Of a DNA stretch of 50,064 nucleotides, positions 1 through 8,900 are shown one piece after another. How positions within the stretch are numbered: position 1 is the stretch's first letter; each line of letters starts with the position of its first letter. The position numbers and the translations under genes are program-made. A model generated the notes under the pieces. The model saw only the letters and a list, made by a program, of their open reading frames with translations. It searched no databases and was not told where the DNA came from. The stretch is from a virus (lineage: Duplodnaviria > Caudoviricetes). The stretch covers positions 1-50,064 of IMG/VR virus record IMGVR_UViG_3300044217_003764; one strand, 5' to 3'.

Positions 1-126
1 ATCCGTCCGATCCTCACAGAGCTCTACATGCATGACGTCAAAATCCTCAAAATCCGGCAGCAGCCGGGCTCGCCCTACTCGGCACGACTTGGCAACTGGT
101 GCACCCAGACCATCGCCCGGACGGTC
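1..126. repeat. Terminal direct repeat, left copy (circular assembly overlap)
   Basis: Identical to 49936-50061; falls inside a gene, so it is an assembly overlap rather than a physical terminus. Confidence 0.95.
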
Positions 127-282
127 GGCATCCGGACCCGTGCGTTCCGGCCGATAGGACTTTACCGCGATCTTGTACGCGCAGGAGCAGTCCCCGCGTT
201 TGAGGAACAAGATGAGCGTCAAAGCCAAAGCCCAGCCTATCGAGGAAGATCCGGAGACGAAGAAACTTCGGGAGCAGGCTGA
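1..282 (+). CDS. 3' part of the gene spanning the circular junction (starts at 49726); possible permuted papain-like protein
   Basis: Frame from ATG 49726 reads through the overlap into ORF 28..282; His (RHVMAFGY) precedes Cys (NWCTQTIAR). Confidence 0.7.
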   Translation: MRPILTELYMHDVKILKIRQQPGSPYSARLGNWCTQTIARTVGIRTRAFRPIGLYRDLVRAGAVPAFEEQDERQSQSPAYRGRSGDEETSGAG

Positions 283-553
283 GGCCCGCGCTGAAGCGAC
301 TCGTTTCGAAGAAGCGCAGGAATACACCGACAACACGACCCGCAAGCTGATCCGCCGGTTTGGCGCGAAGCCGGCGACGCCTGGCGTCAGGGGCTTCAGC
401 TTCGCGCCGGGCGCAACCGGCGGCGGGCTGTCCTCCTTCAACCCGGCCACCGGCCAGTATTCATCCGTGGCGCCGGCCATCGCACCGCGCACAGCGGCCG
501 GGCTTCAGCAGTCCCTGGCGACGCAATTCAAAGACTCGCGGTTCTACGCATGA
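212..553 (+). CDS. Small virion-associated protein upstream of portal
   Basis: GAGG SD before ATG 212; stop overlaps portal start (ATGA). Confidence 0.7.
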   Translation: MSVKAKAQPIEEDPETKKLREQAEARAEATRFEEAQEYTDNTTRKLIRRFGAKPATPGVRGFSFAPGATGGGLSSFNPATGQYSSVAPAIAPRTAAGLQQSLATQFKDSRFYA

Positions 554-2082
554 TCGATCGTCAGTACCACGAGGCTCATACGCCCGAAGGCAAACTGGTC
601 CAACGGATCAAGATGGCGCGGTCAGACCGCGATACCGTCGCATCAGCCCTCAACCGATTCTACGAATTGGCGCTGCCGTTCCGTGTTCCGATCAGCAGCA
701 CCGTCTCCCGCAATACCCAAACCCGCATGGAAGAGCAGGAAGACGTCTTCGATGACACGCTGCAGGCGTGCACCCTGGATTTCGGCGCTGAAATGATGGA
801 CCGGTTCACGCCGCACTATAAGCCGTGGGCCAATCTGAAGCCGACAACACAGCTCGGTGACGCTCTGGCCAAAAAGGCCGAGGGCATGATCAGAGACCGC
901 GAGAGGCTGATCTACGAGGCGATCAAGAATTCAGACTTCTACGAGCAGTCCCAGCAGGCGTGGCTTGACCTGGCGGGCTCGAAGGGCGGGATTATTATTC
1001 CGTATTCGAAGAGCGGCAACATCAAGTGCACGCCGATCGTGATGTCGAACCTGCTGGACGACATCGGCCCACATGGGCAACTGGATCTCCGGGCGATGGA
1101 GTTCCTGACCAAGAAGAAACACCTCCAGCACCTGTTCCCCAAAATCAAGATGGAGCCCCACCTGCGCGACATGGGCATCGGGGAAAATCAGGATGTCGTC
1201 GTCGTGCAGGGCAATTACCGCCTGTATGATGGCCCGTTCGACTGGATGTTCTTCGTCAGCATTCAGGGCAAAGTCGTCCAGATGAAAAAGCAGAAGGGTA
1301 TGGGCGCTTGCGCGGTCCATACGCTCCGCTGGTCGGATGCGCCTTTCTCATCGTGGGGGCCAGGGCCAGCCATGACGGCCATGCCTTCCGCGAACGTCCT
1401 GCAAGAACTCGGATACCTGTTCCTGAAGAATCTCGGCAAGCGCGTCGATCCTCCGTTCAGCTATTACGAGGATGGGCTGTTCAATCCCGAGGGGGGAATC
1501 GATGCCGGCATGGCGCTTCCGCGCGATCGCAACTCCGGTGAAGTGCAATGGCTGATCGCAGAGCAGGATCTTGATACAGCCCTGTTCGAGCGAGAGCAGT
1601 TCCGTCTCGCGGTGAAGCGTGCGCTCTTCCAGGACAAGCCGGATCAGACCGGGAAAACCCCGCCGACGGCAACGCAGTGGATCGATGAGCGCGCCATGAC
1701 CGAGCGCCGCCTGCAGCTATCCCGCCTGCGCGTCTACAAGGAATGGGTGCTGCCGATCCTCGATCGCTTCAATCACATTCTGACCATTCGCGGGGATCTG
1801 CCGCCTCTCAGCATCGATGGCGAAATCATCGATGTCTCGTTCGAAAATCCGATCACGAAAACCTCCGATGCAGAAGAGGTCAGCGCCTCGATGCAGCTTG
1901 CGCAGGCTGCGGCCGGGATCTTCGGTGAAGCGTTCCTGGCGAACACCGACGCGGTGAAAACCCTCGAAAACTGGAAGCAGAAGTCCGGCGACAAACTGCT
2001 TGAGTTCAAACCATTCGATGAACAGCCAGAGGGCCTGCAGGGCCTGCTCAGCAACATGCGCAACCTCTCTAACAAGGCATAG
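550..2082 (+). CDS. Portal (head-tail connector) protein, podovirus type
   Basis: 510 aa; WGPGPAMTAMP and TPPTATQWIDER motifs typical of T7 gp8/BPP-1 portals; follows terL on the circle. Confidence 0.9.
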   Translation: MIDRQYHEAHTPEGKLVQRIKMARSDRDTVASALNRFYELALPFRVPISSTVSRNTQTRMEEQEDVFDDTLQACTLDFGAEMMDRFTPHYKPWANLKPTTQLGDALAKKAEGMIRDRERLIYEAIKNSDFYEQSQQAWLDLAGSKGGIIIPYSKSGNIKCTPIVMSNLLDDIGPHGQLDLRAMEFLTKKKHLQHLFPKIKMEPHLRDMGIGENQDVVVVQGNYRLYDGPFDWMFFVSIQGKVVQMKKQKGMGACAVHTLRWSDAPFSSWGPGPAMTAMPSANVLQELGYLFLKNLGKRVDPPFSYYEDGLFNPEGGIDAGMALPRDRNSGEVQWLIAEQDLDTALFEREQFRLAVKRALFQDKPDQTGKTPPTATQWIDERAMTERRLQLSRLRVYKEWVLPILDRFNHILTIRGDLPPLSIDGEIIDVSFENPITKTSDAEEVSASMQLAQAAAGIFGEAFLANTDAVKTLENWKQKSGDKLLEFKPFDEQPEGLQGLLSNMRNLSNKA

Positions 2083-2085
2083 GTC

Positions 2086-2463
2086 ATGAAGGAATCCACC
2101 GCTCGAAAGTTCCGCGATTTGGCGACTGGGGCGAAGAAGGCGCCCGAACTGCACAAGGTTCATGCGGCCTTCCGTTCCATCGCAACATTGCCGGCCGGGC
2201 AGATTATCGAGAATTGGCTTCTCGACCAACTGGCAGCCATCGAAAAACCCGATTGTTCCGACGGTGCGTCCAAAGAGTTGAGGGCGCGCCGCATTATGGC
2301 TCGAGAAATTATCGCCATGATGAACAAGGACCCGACCAATGACGGATCAGACGAGCGAGCAGCAGCAGGACCAGCCGACGGCAAGCGCAGACGTCACCAG
2401 TCCAGCCCCGGCCTCCGAAGCCAGCCCGACCCAGGACGTCCAGACCTTTCCGACGACGACTGA
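2086..2463 (+). CDS. Hypothetical protein (position of BPP-1 Bbp19-like gene)
   Basis: ORF directly after portal; synteny only. Confidence 0.55.
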   Translation: MKESTARKFRDLATGAKKAPELHKVHAAFRSIATLPAGQIIENWLLDQLAAIEKPDCSDGASKELRARRIMAREIIAMMNKDPTNDGSDERAAAGPADGKRRRHQSSPGLRSQPDPGRPDLSDDD

Positions 2464-2878
2464 CAGCCCGTTTGGCGCATATGCTCAATCTCCGTACCCG
2501 ACCGAGGCCGAGATCAAAGCGGCCGAAGCCGACGCCGAACCCGCGATTGTCGACCCCTTCTTCGGCGGATCGCCCAAAACCCTCCACAACTCCGACCTGA
2601 GCGGCGCGACGATCAACGTATCTGACCTGAATGTCGTGGGTGATGGTGATGCATGGCAATTGCTCTGCAAGGCATCGTCCGAAAACGAGGGCTGGATGAA
2701 GTCGACCAAGGCGATGCCCGTACCCGGTGTGGGTTGCCTGGTCCAGATCACCACTCAGCAGCAAAACTTCGACGGCACATATGCGGTCGCCGAGGCCCTG
2801 ACGATGGTTCACGGCGCCAGCATCGCCCCAGACAAAAACGGCGGACGTCGCCTTGTATTCGGTGTGCCTAGCAAATGA
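2339..2878 (+). CDS. Hypothetical phage protein
   Basis: AAGGA SD; C-terminal domain WQLLCKASSENEGWMKSTKAMPVPGVGCLVQ; stop overlaps next start. Confidence 0.7.
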   Translation: MTDQTSEQQQDQPTASADVTSPAPASEASPTQDVQTFPTTTDSPFGAYAQSPYPTEAEIKAAEADAEPAIVDPFFGGSPKTLHNSDLSGATINVSDLNVVGDGDAWQLLCKASSENEGWMKSTKAMPVPGVGCLVQITTQQQNFDGTYAVAEALTMVHGASIAPDKNGGRRLVFGVPSK

Positions 2879-3645
2879 CCGACGAAACCAAAACTCCGGA
2901 AGGTGAGGGCACGACACCAAGCGCAGTCGAAGCGGCCGCAGCCGCAGCGGCAGAAGGCGGTGCTCTCGCATCGATCGACCCGAATGCCCCCCCTGAAGGC
3001 GAGGAAGATGGCGGCAACGAGTTCGACGTCTCCACGCTTGGCGAGCAGTTCGTCACCGACGGCAAGCCCAATATGCAAGCCATCGCCGACGCGCTCGGCA
3101 AGGTCGCGGCCGATGTTCCAGCCGAAGACGGAGAATACGATCTCTCCTTCGGTGAAGACTTCGACCTGAAGGGCGAAGATGGCGAGGTCGTGAAGGTTGA
3201 TCCAGCCGATCCGATCGTCGCTGACATGACGGCCTGGGCACGCGCCAACAATGTCGGTCAGGAAGCCGTATCCGGCCTGATGGGCATCTATGGCAAGATC
3301 ATCAAGCAGTCCTATGACGTGAATTCGGAGGCCGTGGTCGAGCGCCAGACTGCCGAGTGGAAAAAGCTCGCCGATGACGGTGACGTCGATAAGGCCAAAG
3401 AGCGCGCGAACAAAGCTGCCAGCGGCCTATTCCAAGCGCTCGGCAAAGAGAAGTCGGCCCAATCTATGGCCTTCATCAACGCCATGAATTCGGCCCCCCT
3501 GGTCGAGTTCGCAGAAGCAATCCTTGAGCGCCTTGGCGACGAGGGCTCAGCATCGCCAACCAATGAGACCAACGGGGACGGGCGCAAGTCCGATGCATCG
3601 GTCTTTTTCGATAACCCAACGTCTAGACCTGGAGCTAAAGCCTGA
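2875..3645 (+). CDS. Capsid scaffolding protein
   Basis: Acidic 256-aa protein immediately before the capsid gene; TGATG coupling. Confidence 0.7.
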   Translation: MTDETKTPEGEGTTPSAVEAAAAAAAEGGALASIDPNAPPEGEEDGGNEFDVSTLGEQFVTDGKPNMQAIADALGKVAADVPAEDGEYDLSFGEDFDLKGEDGEVVKVDPADPIVADMTAWARANNVGQEAVSGLMGIYGKIIKQSYDVNSEAVVERQTAEWKKLADDGDVDKAKERANKAASGLFQALGKEKSAQSMAFINAMNSAPLVEFAEAILERLGDEGSASPTNETNGDGRKSDASVFFDNPTSRPGAKA

Positions 3646-4634
3646 TGGACGCCACCCGCAACCCGACTCTCGCCGATCTTGCCAAACGGATGGATTCTAA
3701 TGGCAAGCCAGCCCGCATCATTGAAATCCTGAGCACGCAGGAAGGCATTCTCGAAGACCTCGCCTTCATTGAATGTAACAACGACAAGAAGCACGTCACC
3801 ACGCTGCGCACCAGCCTGCCGACGCCACAGGCTCGCCTGTTCAACCGGGGCACTGCAGCCACCAAGTCGGATGTCGGCACAATCGAAGAATCCTGCATCA
3901 TGCTGGAAGATTGGGCTCAAGCCGACGCTGACCTGGTGGACAAGAATGGCGAGGGCTATCGGATGAGCGAACATGTCGCTCATATCGAAGGCTTCAACCA
4001 AGAGGTTGCGCGCCAGTGTTTCTATGGAAACTCCAACGTGAATCCGCTGGAAGAATTCATGGGCTTCGCTCCGCGCTACAACACCACGGCCGACGAACTT
4101 GAAGATTACGTCATCAAGGGTGGCGGCTCCGGCTCGAACAACACCTCGATCTGGCTGGTTGGCCACGGCGAGAATGCTGTTCACGGCATTTACCCCAAGG
4201 GTTCCGAAGCCGGGCTCAGTCACAGGGATCTCGGGCGTCGCGTCAAGACCTACACAGACAGTGGTGTCGAGCGAAATCTTGAAGTGGTCGAAGACAAATA
4301 CGCCTGGGATATCGGACTTGTTGTCCGCGACTACCGCTTCATCGTCCGTATTTGCAACATCGATGTGAATGCATTGAATGCCGATCCAACCTCTGGCGGC
4401 GCTGACCTGTACGAACTGGTCGCCAGGGCACAAGAACGCATCCCCGGCGGTGCTGCGCGCCTGGCCTTTTACGGGAACCGTAAGGTCCGGGAGGCAATGC
4501 GCCTCCAGGCCCAGAACAAGAAGAATGTGAATATCTCGCCAAGCGAGGTCACGGGCAAACCGGTTCTTTCGGTCGACGGAATTCCGTTCCGGGTCTGCGA
4601 CACGATCGTCAACAACGAAGCCACGATTTCGTAA
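3645..4634 (+). CDS. Major capsid protein (BPP-1 Bbp17/epsilon15-like)
   Basis: N-terminal PTLADLAKR, FYGN..NP.EFMGFAPRY, GGSGSNNTSIWLV and C-terminal GIPFRVCDTIVNNEA motifs. Confidence 0.92.
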   Translation: MDATRNPTLADLAKRMDSNGKPARIIEILSTQEGILEDLAFIECNNDKKHVTTLRTSLPTPQARLFNRGTAATKSDVGTIEESCIMLEDWAQADADLVDKNGEGYRMSEHVAHIEGFNQEVARQCFYGNSNVNPLEEFMGFAPRYNTTADELEDYVIKGGGSGSNNTSIWLVGHGENAVHGIYPKGSEAGLSHRDLGRRVKTYTDSGVERNLEVVEDKYAWDIGLVVRDYRFIVRICNIDVNALNADPTSGGADLYELVARAQERIPGGAARLAFYGNRKVREAMRLQAQNKKNVNISPSEVTGKPVLSVDGIPFRVCDTIVNNEATIS

Positions 4635-4652
4635 GGCTGAAAGGAAACTGAC

Positions 4653-5072
4653 ATGATTGGAGACGCGCTCCTAACAGTGTTCGATGGCGAAGATGCTACC
4701 GCGGCACAAACCCTGACGTCCACGGACATCGGCCTGCCAACTGGCTTCGGTGTTCAGGGCGGCGAGCACATGGATCTCATGTTCTCGGCCGACTCTGTTC
4801 TGACCGACGCAACGAAGGTGGATATTCGGTGGGAAACCTCCGATGCCTCCAACTTCTCGAGTGTCGATACGGTCGTCCGCCAGTCCGAAGATGATGCAAA
4901 ATATCGCTCCGGAGATCTTGTTCCGCTGTTCCTGCGACCGAACCGTCGCGTCAAGCAGTACAACCGGATTGTCATCGACTTCGGTGCCCAGCCTTCTGCC
5001 GGCACCGTCACGGTGGCCTTTGTCAAAGGCGCCGAACACCGCACCAACTTCCCGAAAGGGTACGCGCACTAG
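4653..5072 (+). CDS. Capsid cement/decoration protein (Bbp16-like)
   Basis: 139-aa beta-rich ORF after capsid, MIGDALL start, AAGGA SD. Confidence 0.7.
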   Translation: MIGDALLTVFDGEDATAAQTLTSTDIGLPTGFGVQGGEHMDLMFSADSVLTDATKVDIRWETSDASNFSSVDTVVRQSEDDAKYRSGDLVPLFLRPNRRVKQYNRIVIDFGAQPSAGTVTVAFVKGAEHRTNFPKGYAH

Positions 5073-5096
5073 CCTGCACGGGGCGAGCGCATGGGG

Positions 5097-5128
5097 AAGG
5101 GCCTGGCCATTGTGTCAGGCCCTTTTTT
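5097..5128 (+). terminator. Intrinsic terminator after capsid genes
   Basis: AAGGGCCTGGC-loop-GTCAGGCCCTT followed by T run. Confidence 0.8.
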
Positions 5129-5194
5129 GTTGGTGCGTAGTTTGGGCTGCACCTCCGCCGATAGTCTCGTCGTATCAACCAGGGAGCCCTAACC

Positions 5195-5689
5195 ATGTCC
5201 GACACAGATGTCGAAATCCACTCAGACGATGAAATCGTCGATGTTGTCCTTCGCAGTCCCTTCGTTACGAAAGACGCGCGATATCTCAAGACCAACACGA
5301 AACTGCGTGTGACGCGCCGGCAGATGAACGAGTGCACCGCCATGAAGCTCGATCAGCCTGAGCTGAAGCCGGAGCCGATCGACCTGACCAAGACGGACCG
5401 CATCGATATCGTCTCGGTGCCAACGCTAGCGCCACAGTCCCGCCCTGAGCCTGTCAGCCTTGTCGATTCGAAGAAGACCCCCAAGCTGACGGGCCACGGC
5501 AGCGGCAAGGTCGCGCCAGCCACGGTCGAAGAGGTGGTCGCCGCCGCCAAAGCGATCGATCTCGAAACCATTCCGGACCAACTGACCGCGAAAGGCTACA
5601 TCAAGCAAGCCTATCTGGAAACGGTGACGGGCAAGACCATCGATCAGAAGGTCTACTTTGCCTACATGAACCAGGCCAAAAGCGACTGA
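5195..5689 (+). CDS. Hypothetical protein
   Basis: GGAG SD; 164-aa ORF in the structural module. Confidence 0.7.
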   Translation: MSDTDVEIHSDDEIVDVVLRSPFVTKDARYLKTNTKLRVTRRQMNECTAMKLDQPELKPEPIDLTKTDRIDIVSVPTLAPQSRPEPVSLVDSKKTPKLTGHGSGKVAPATVEEVVAAAKAIDLETIPDQLTAKGYIKQAYLETVTGKTIDQKVYFAYMNQAKSD

Positions 5690-5807
5690 TCTCTTCCTCC
5701 CGTTAGTCATTCTGGCCTGAGAGCCCCCCGCGTGAGGCGATACATGTGGGGGGCTCACTCTGTTGGGTGCGTCGCTCTGCACCCCCGCATGAAGGCATCT
5801 TGGCCTC

Positions 5808-6419
5808 ATGACAACATACGCCGCCCCCGTAAATGTGAAGAACTCGATGCTTCTGTCGCTTGGTGCGAAGCCTCTGACGCCCGGGGTGAACACCTCGAAA
5901 GAGGCCGCAATCCTCGACCAGATTTACGAGCCGATGGTGAAGGCCGCGCTCACCCGCCATGCATGGACATGGGGTGTGAAGGCCCAATCCGTCCAGTCGT
6001 CCGGGCAGGCAGACAATGGAAATTACCTGTATCCCGTTCCATCCGCGTTTCTGAACGTTCGGTGGGTGCGCTGCGGCGGTTCAGATGTGCAGGTGGAATA
6101 CCTCGAGGATGGCGAGATTGCGCTGCCGTTCAGCGGCACGATCGAGGTGCACGGAAACTGGCGTGTCCCAGAGGCACGCTGGCCAGCCGACTTTGCCGAA
6201 GCCATCGTGAAGAAGGGGTATGCGGCCCTGATCCGATCGCTGATGAACGACTTCACCGAAGCTGGCCGCGCCGAGCAAGAGGCGGAAATGATGCTGCGTA
6301 GTTCCATCGCGCGTGACAAGCGGCAGATCCGCGGCCGGGACATCAACCAAAACCCAATTCTTGTGCGGGCATGGAGAGGACGGCGACGCAATGGCTCGAA
6401 GACGGTCCTACCGGAATAG
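5808..6419 (+). CDS. Tail tubular protein A / adaptor (T7 gp11-like)
   Basis: ~200 aa; N-terminal helix, HAWTWG motif and WPADFAEAI; synteny. Confidence 0.8.
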   Translation: MTTYAAPVNVKNSMLLSLGAKPLTPGVNTSKEAAILDQIYEPMVKAALTRHAWTWGVKAQSVQSSGQADNGNYLYPVPSAFLNVRWVRCGGSDVQVEYLEDGEIALPFSGTIEVHGNWRVPEARWPADFAEAIVKKGYAALIRSLMNDFTEAGRAEQEAEMMLRSSIARDKRQIRGRDINQNPILVRAWRGRRRNGSKTVLPE

Positions 6420-8460
6420 TTTTACGGCAGGCGAGGTCGGCCCTGAATTTCTTCAGCGAACCGAAGATGAGCTTCTGAACGAAGCGGCCAGTCGCCTACT
6501 CAACACACTCATCAGCAATGGCGGCGGTGCCCATCGGAGACCGGCAAGCCGTCCTGTTGCATCCACGTCTGGCACGAAGCGCCAACTCGAGGTCTTTGAC
6601 CTGGACGATTCCGATTATCGCCGGATCGTCTTCTCTGCCGGCAAGGTGGAGGTCTTCGACGCGAGCTCACTGCTGCAAACCCTGAGCGGTCCGTGGGTGG
6701 AAGCCGATATTGAGAAGATCACGGTCGCCAATGGCGATGACAAGTTCTTCATCTTCGGCGATTTCGAGACGCAGGAGCTCGCATATTCTGCCGGCGTATT
6801 CTCCATCGGCGCGATCACGTTTGATGACGGCATCGGAAGCGCCGTTCGCCAGCCTTATTGGCGGTATGCAGCCAAGGGAGTGACGCTGCAGCCATCGGCC
6901 ACCACCGGCTCGATCACGCTTGTTGCGTCAGAGAATGTTTTCGTTTCTGGCCATGTCGGTACGAGGTTCCGGTATCTCAACAACGAGATCGAGATCGACA
7001 CAGTTGTAGACGGCAAAAACGCGACGGGGACGGTCATCACGACGCTGTACCCGACGATCACCCTGACGGTGAACAGCACCGCCCCCTTCAAGGTCGGGCA
7101 TATCGTACTCGGCGACACGACCAGCATCGAAGGCCAGGTGGCCGCGGTTGGCTCAGGCACGATCGATGTGACCCTTCGCGCCGGCTATACGTCCTTCGAT
7201 TCGTCAGAAGACATTTCCTCACCAGAGGGCACAGCGACAATCTCGGCCGTCGGATCAACATCGCCCGCTTCAACGACGATCTGGGACGAGCAGATGATCA
7301 GTGCGGTGCGCGGATACCCCAGCACGGGCGCGCTGCACCGCAACCGCCTGATCATGGGTGGGTTCCCGGGCGCGCGCAACGCTGTTGCCGCTTCTGCGGT
7401 TGGGTTCCTCACGGACTTTGATGTCGGCACCGGGGATGACAACGACGCATTCATTGAGGCCCTGGGTGATGATCCGAATGCAGCGATCCGCCATATCATC
7501 GGCGCCGAGCAGCTTATCCTCCTGACTGACCGGAGTTGCTACTACGTGCCGGAAAGTGAGCAGGCGCCGCTGTCTCCGAGCCGCGTGCAATTCCTGCGGA
7601 TCTCACCGGATGGCTCCAAGACCGTGCGGCCGGTGCTGACGCCAGAGGGTGTCGTGTTCACTGACAATGCGAACCGCCTGTTGATCATTGGCGCGACCGG
7701 AAGCGTCCGGGCTTCGTGGTCTGTCTCCGAACTGTCGCTGCTCGCAAGACACCTGATCACTGATCCGGTTCAGCTTGTCTATGTCGACGGGCTTGGCGCG
7801 AGGTCCGAGCGATACCTGATCATTCGGAATTCGGACGGATCTGTGGTGGTCATGAATTACCGTCGCGGCGCGGATCAGATGGGCGCAACCCCCTGGGAGC
7901 CAGCGCCGGGGACTGAATGGCAATCCTTCGCCGCGTGGAAGACCGAACTGTTCTGCGTCCAGGATGGCTTTCTCTGCGACATGGATATGGCCGCGATCAT
8001 GGATGTGCAGTGTGATTACTCGGCATCCTGCCCACTGCTGGCCGGCCGGAGCGTGTATGTCATGCGAGGGCAGCATGTGTGGCAAGGCCCGCTGACCGTG
8101 GACGGATCAGGCAACGTTCCGGGGATTGACCCGGCTGAGGGACTGGCGATTGGGAGTGACTTCGAGGTGGAGATCACGCCTGCGCCGCCGGTTCACAAAC
8201 ATATCGGGCAAGAGCGCCGACGCATTACGCGCGTGATGGTCGATGTTCTGGATACGGGCATGTTCCGCGTTGATGGTGAATTGCGCGTGGGTGGGGACGG
8301 GGCGACCGACATGGGCGCGGAACCACCCCTCATGACCGGCGGTCTCGAGCCCTTTTACATCTGGGGATATGATTTCAATCACATCCCCTCGATCACGCAA
8401 TCCGTCGGGGAGGGCGCGCCGCTCTTCCTGAGATCCCAGACACTTGAGGTGAGTTACTGA
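6391..8460 (+). CDS. Tail tubular protein B / nozzle (T7 gp12-like)
   Basis: Begins MARRRSYRNSFTAGEVGPE; RGYPSTGALHRNRL motif; start moved to ATG 6391. Confidence 0.85.
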   Translation: MARRRSYRNSFTAGEVGPEFLQRTEDELLNEAASRLLNTLISNGGGAHRRPASRPVASTSGTKRQLEVFDLDDSDYRRIVFSAGKVEVFDASSLLQTLSGPWVEADIEKITVANGDDKFFIFGDFETQELAYSAGVFSIGAITFDDGIGSAVRQPYWRYAAKGVTLQPSATTGSITLVASENVFVSGHVGTRFRYLNNEIEIDTVVDGKNATGTVITTLYPTITLTVNSTAPFKVGHIVLGDTTSIEGQVAAVGSGTIDVTLRAGYTSFDSSEDISSPEGTATISAVGSTSPASTTIWDEQMISAVRGYPSTGALHRNRLIMGGFPGARNAVAASAVGFLTDFDVGTGDDNDAFIEALGDDPNAAIRHIIGAEQLILLTDRSCYYVPESEQAPLSPSRVQFLRISPDGSKTVRPVLTPEGVVFTDNANRLLIIGATGSVRASWSVSELSLLARHLITDPVQLVYVDGLGARSERYLIIRNSDGSVVVMNYRRGADQMGATPWEPAPGTEWQSFAAWKTELFCVQDGFLCDMDMAAIMDVQCDYSASCPLLAGRSVYVMRGQHVWQGPLTVDGSGNVPGIDPAEGLAIGSDFEVEITPAPPVHKHIGQERRRITRVMVDVLDTGMFRVDGELRVGGDGATDMGAEPPLMTGGLEPFYIWGYDFNHIPSITQSVGEGAPLFLRSQTLEVSY

Positions 8461-8900
8461 TGGCCGATCCGTTTACATGGACAATGATTGCGGCTGGCGC
8501 TGGTGCGGCGGGTTCTCTGGCCGGCGGCTTCATGGAAGCGAAGGGACTTGATGCGCAGGCCAACGCTGCCGATTACAAGGCCCGGAACCTGGCGTTGCAG
8601 GCAAATCAGACCAAGGCCACGCGCGCGGTCGAGCTGAATGATACGATGGCCACGATCGATGCGATCCGAGGCTCACGGAACGTCTCTCTGGACAGCCCGA
8701 CCGCAATGGTGATCGAGCGTGCCCGGAAGCAGAAGAGCGATGACGTCACCAATGCCGAAGTCCTTGGCATTCGGCAGGGCATCACCGAAGCGAACTATGA
8801 AGCGAAGAATGCCCGTAGCGGCAAGAAGTGGGCGCTCGCCAGTGGAGTGCTCGGCGCCGCCGGGTCGCTCGCGCAAGGCTTCGCACAAGGAGGCGGATAA
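8460..8900 (+). CDS. Small internal virion (ejection) protein
   Basis: Gly/Ala-rich hydrophobic termini; position after tail tube B. Confidence 0.7.
   Translation: MADPFTWTMIAAGAGAAGSLAGGFMEAKGLDAQANAADYKARNLALQANQTKATRAVELNDTMATIDAIRGSRNVSLDSPTAMVIERARKQKSDDVTNAEVLGIRQGITEANYEAKNARSGKKWALASGVLGAAGSLAQGFAQGGG

Noticed and set aside
1-126. 126-bp terminal repeat as a biological DTR
   Set aside because: It lies inside a coding frame and has the size of an assembler overlap; the final TCT is unmatched end noise.
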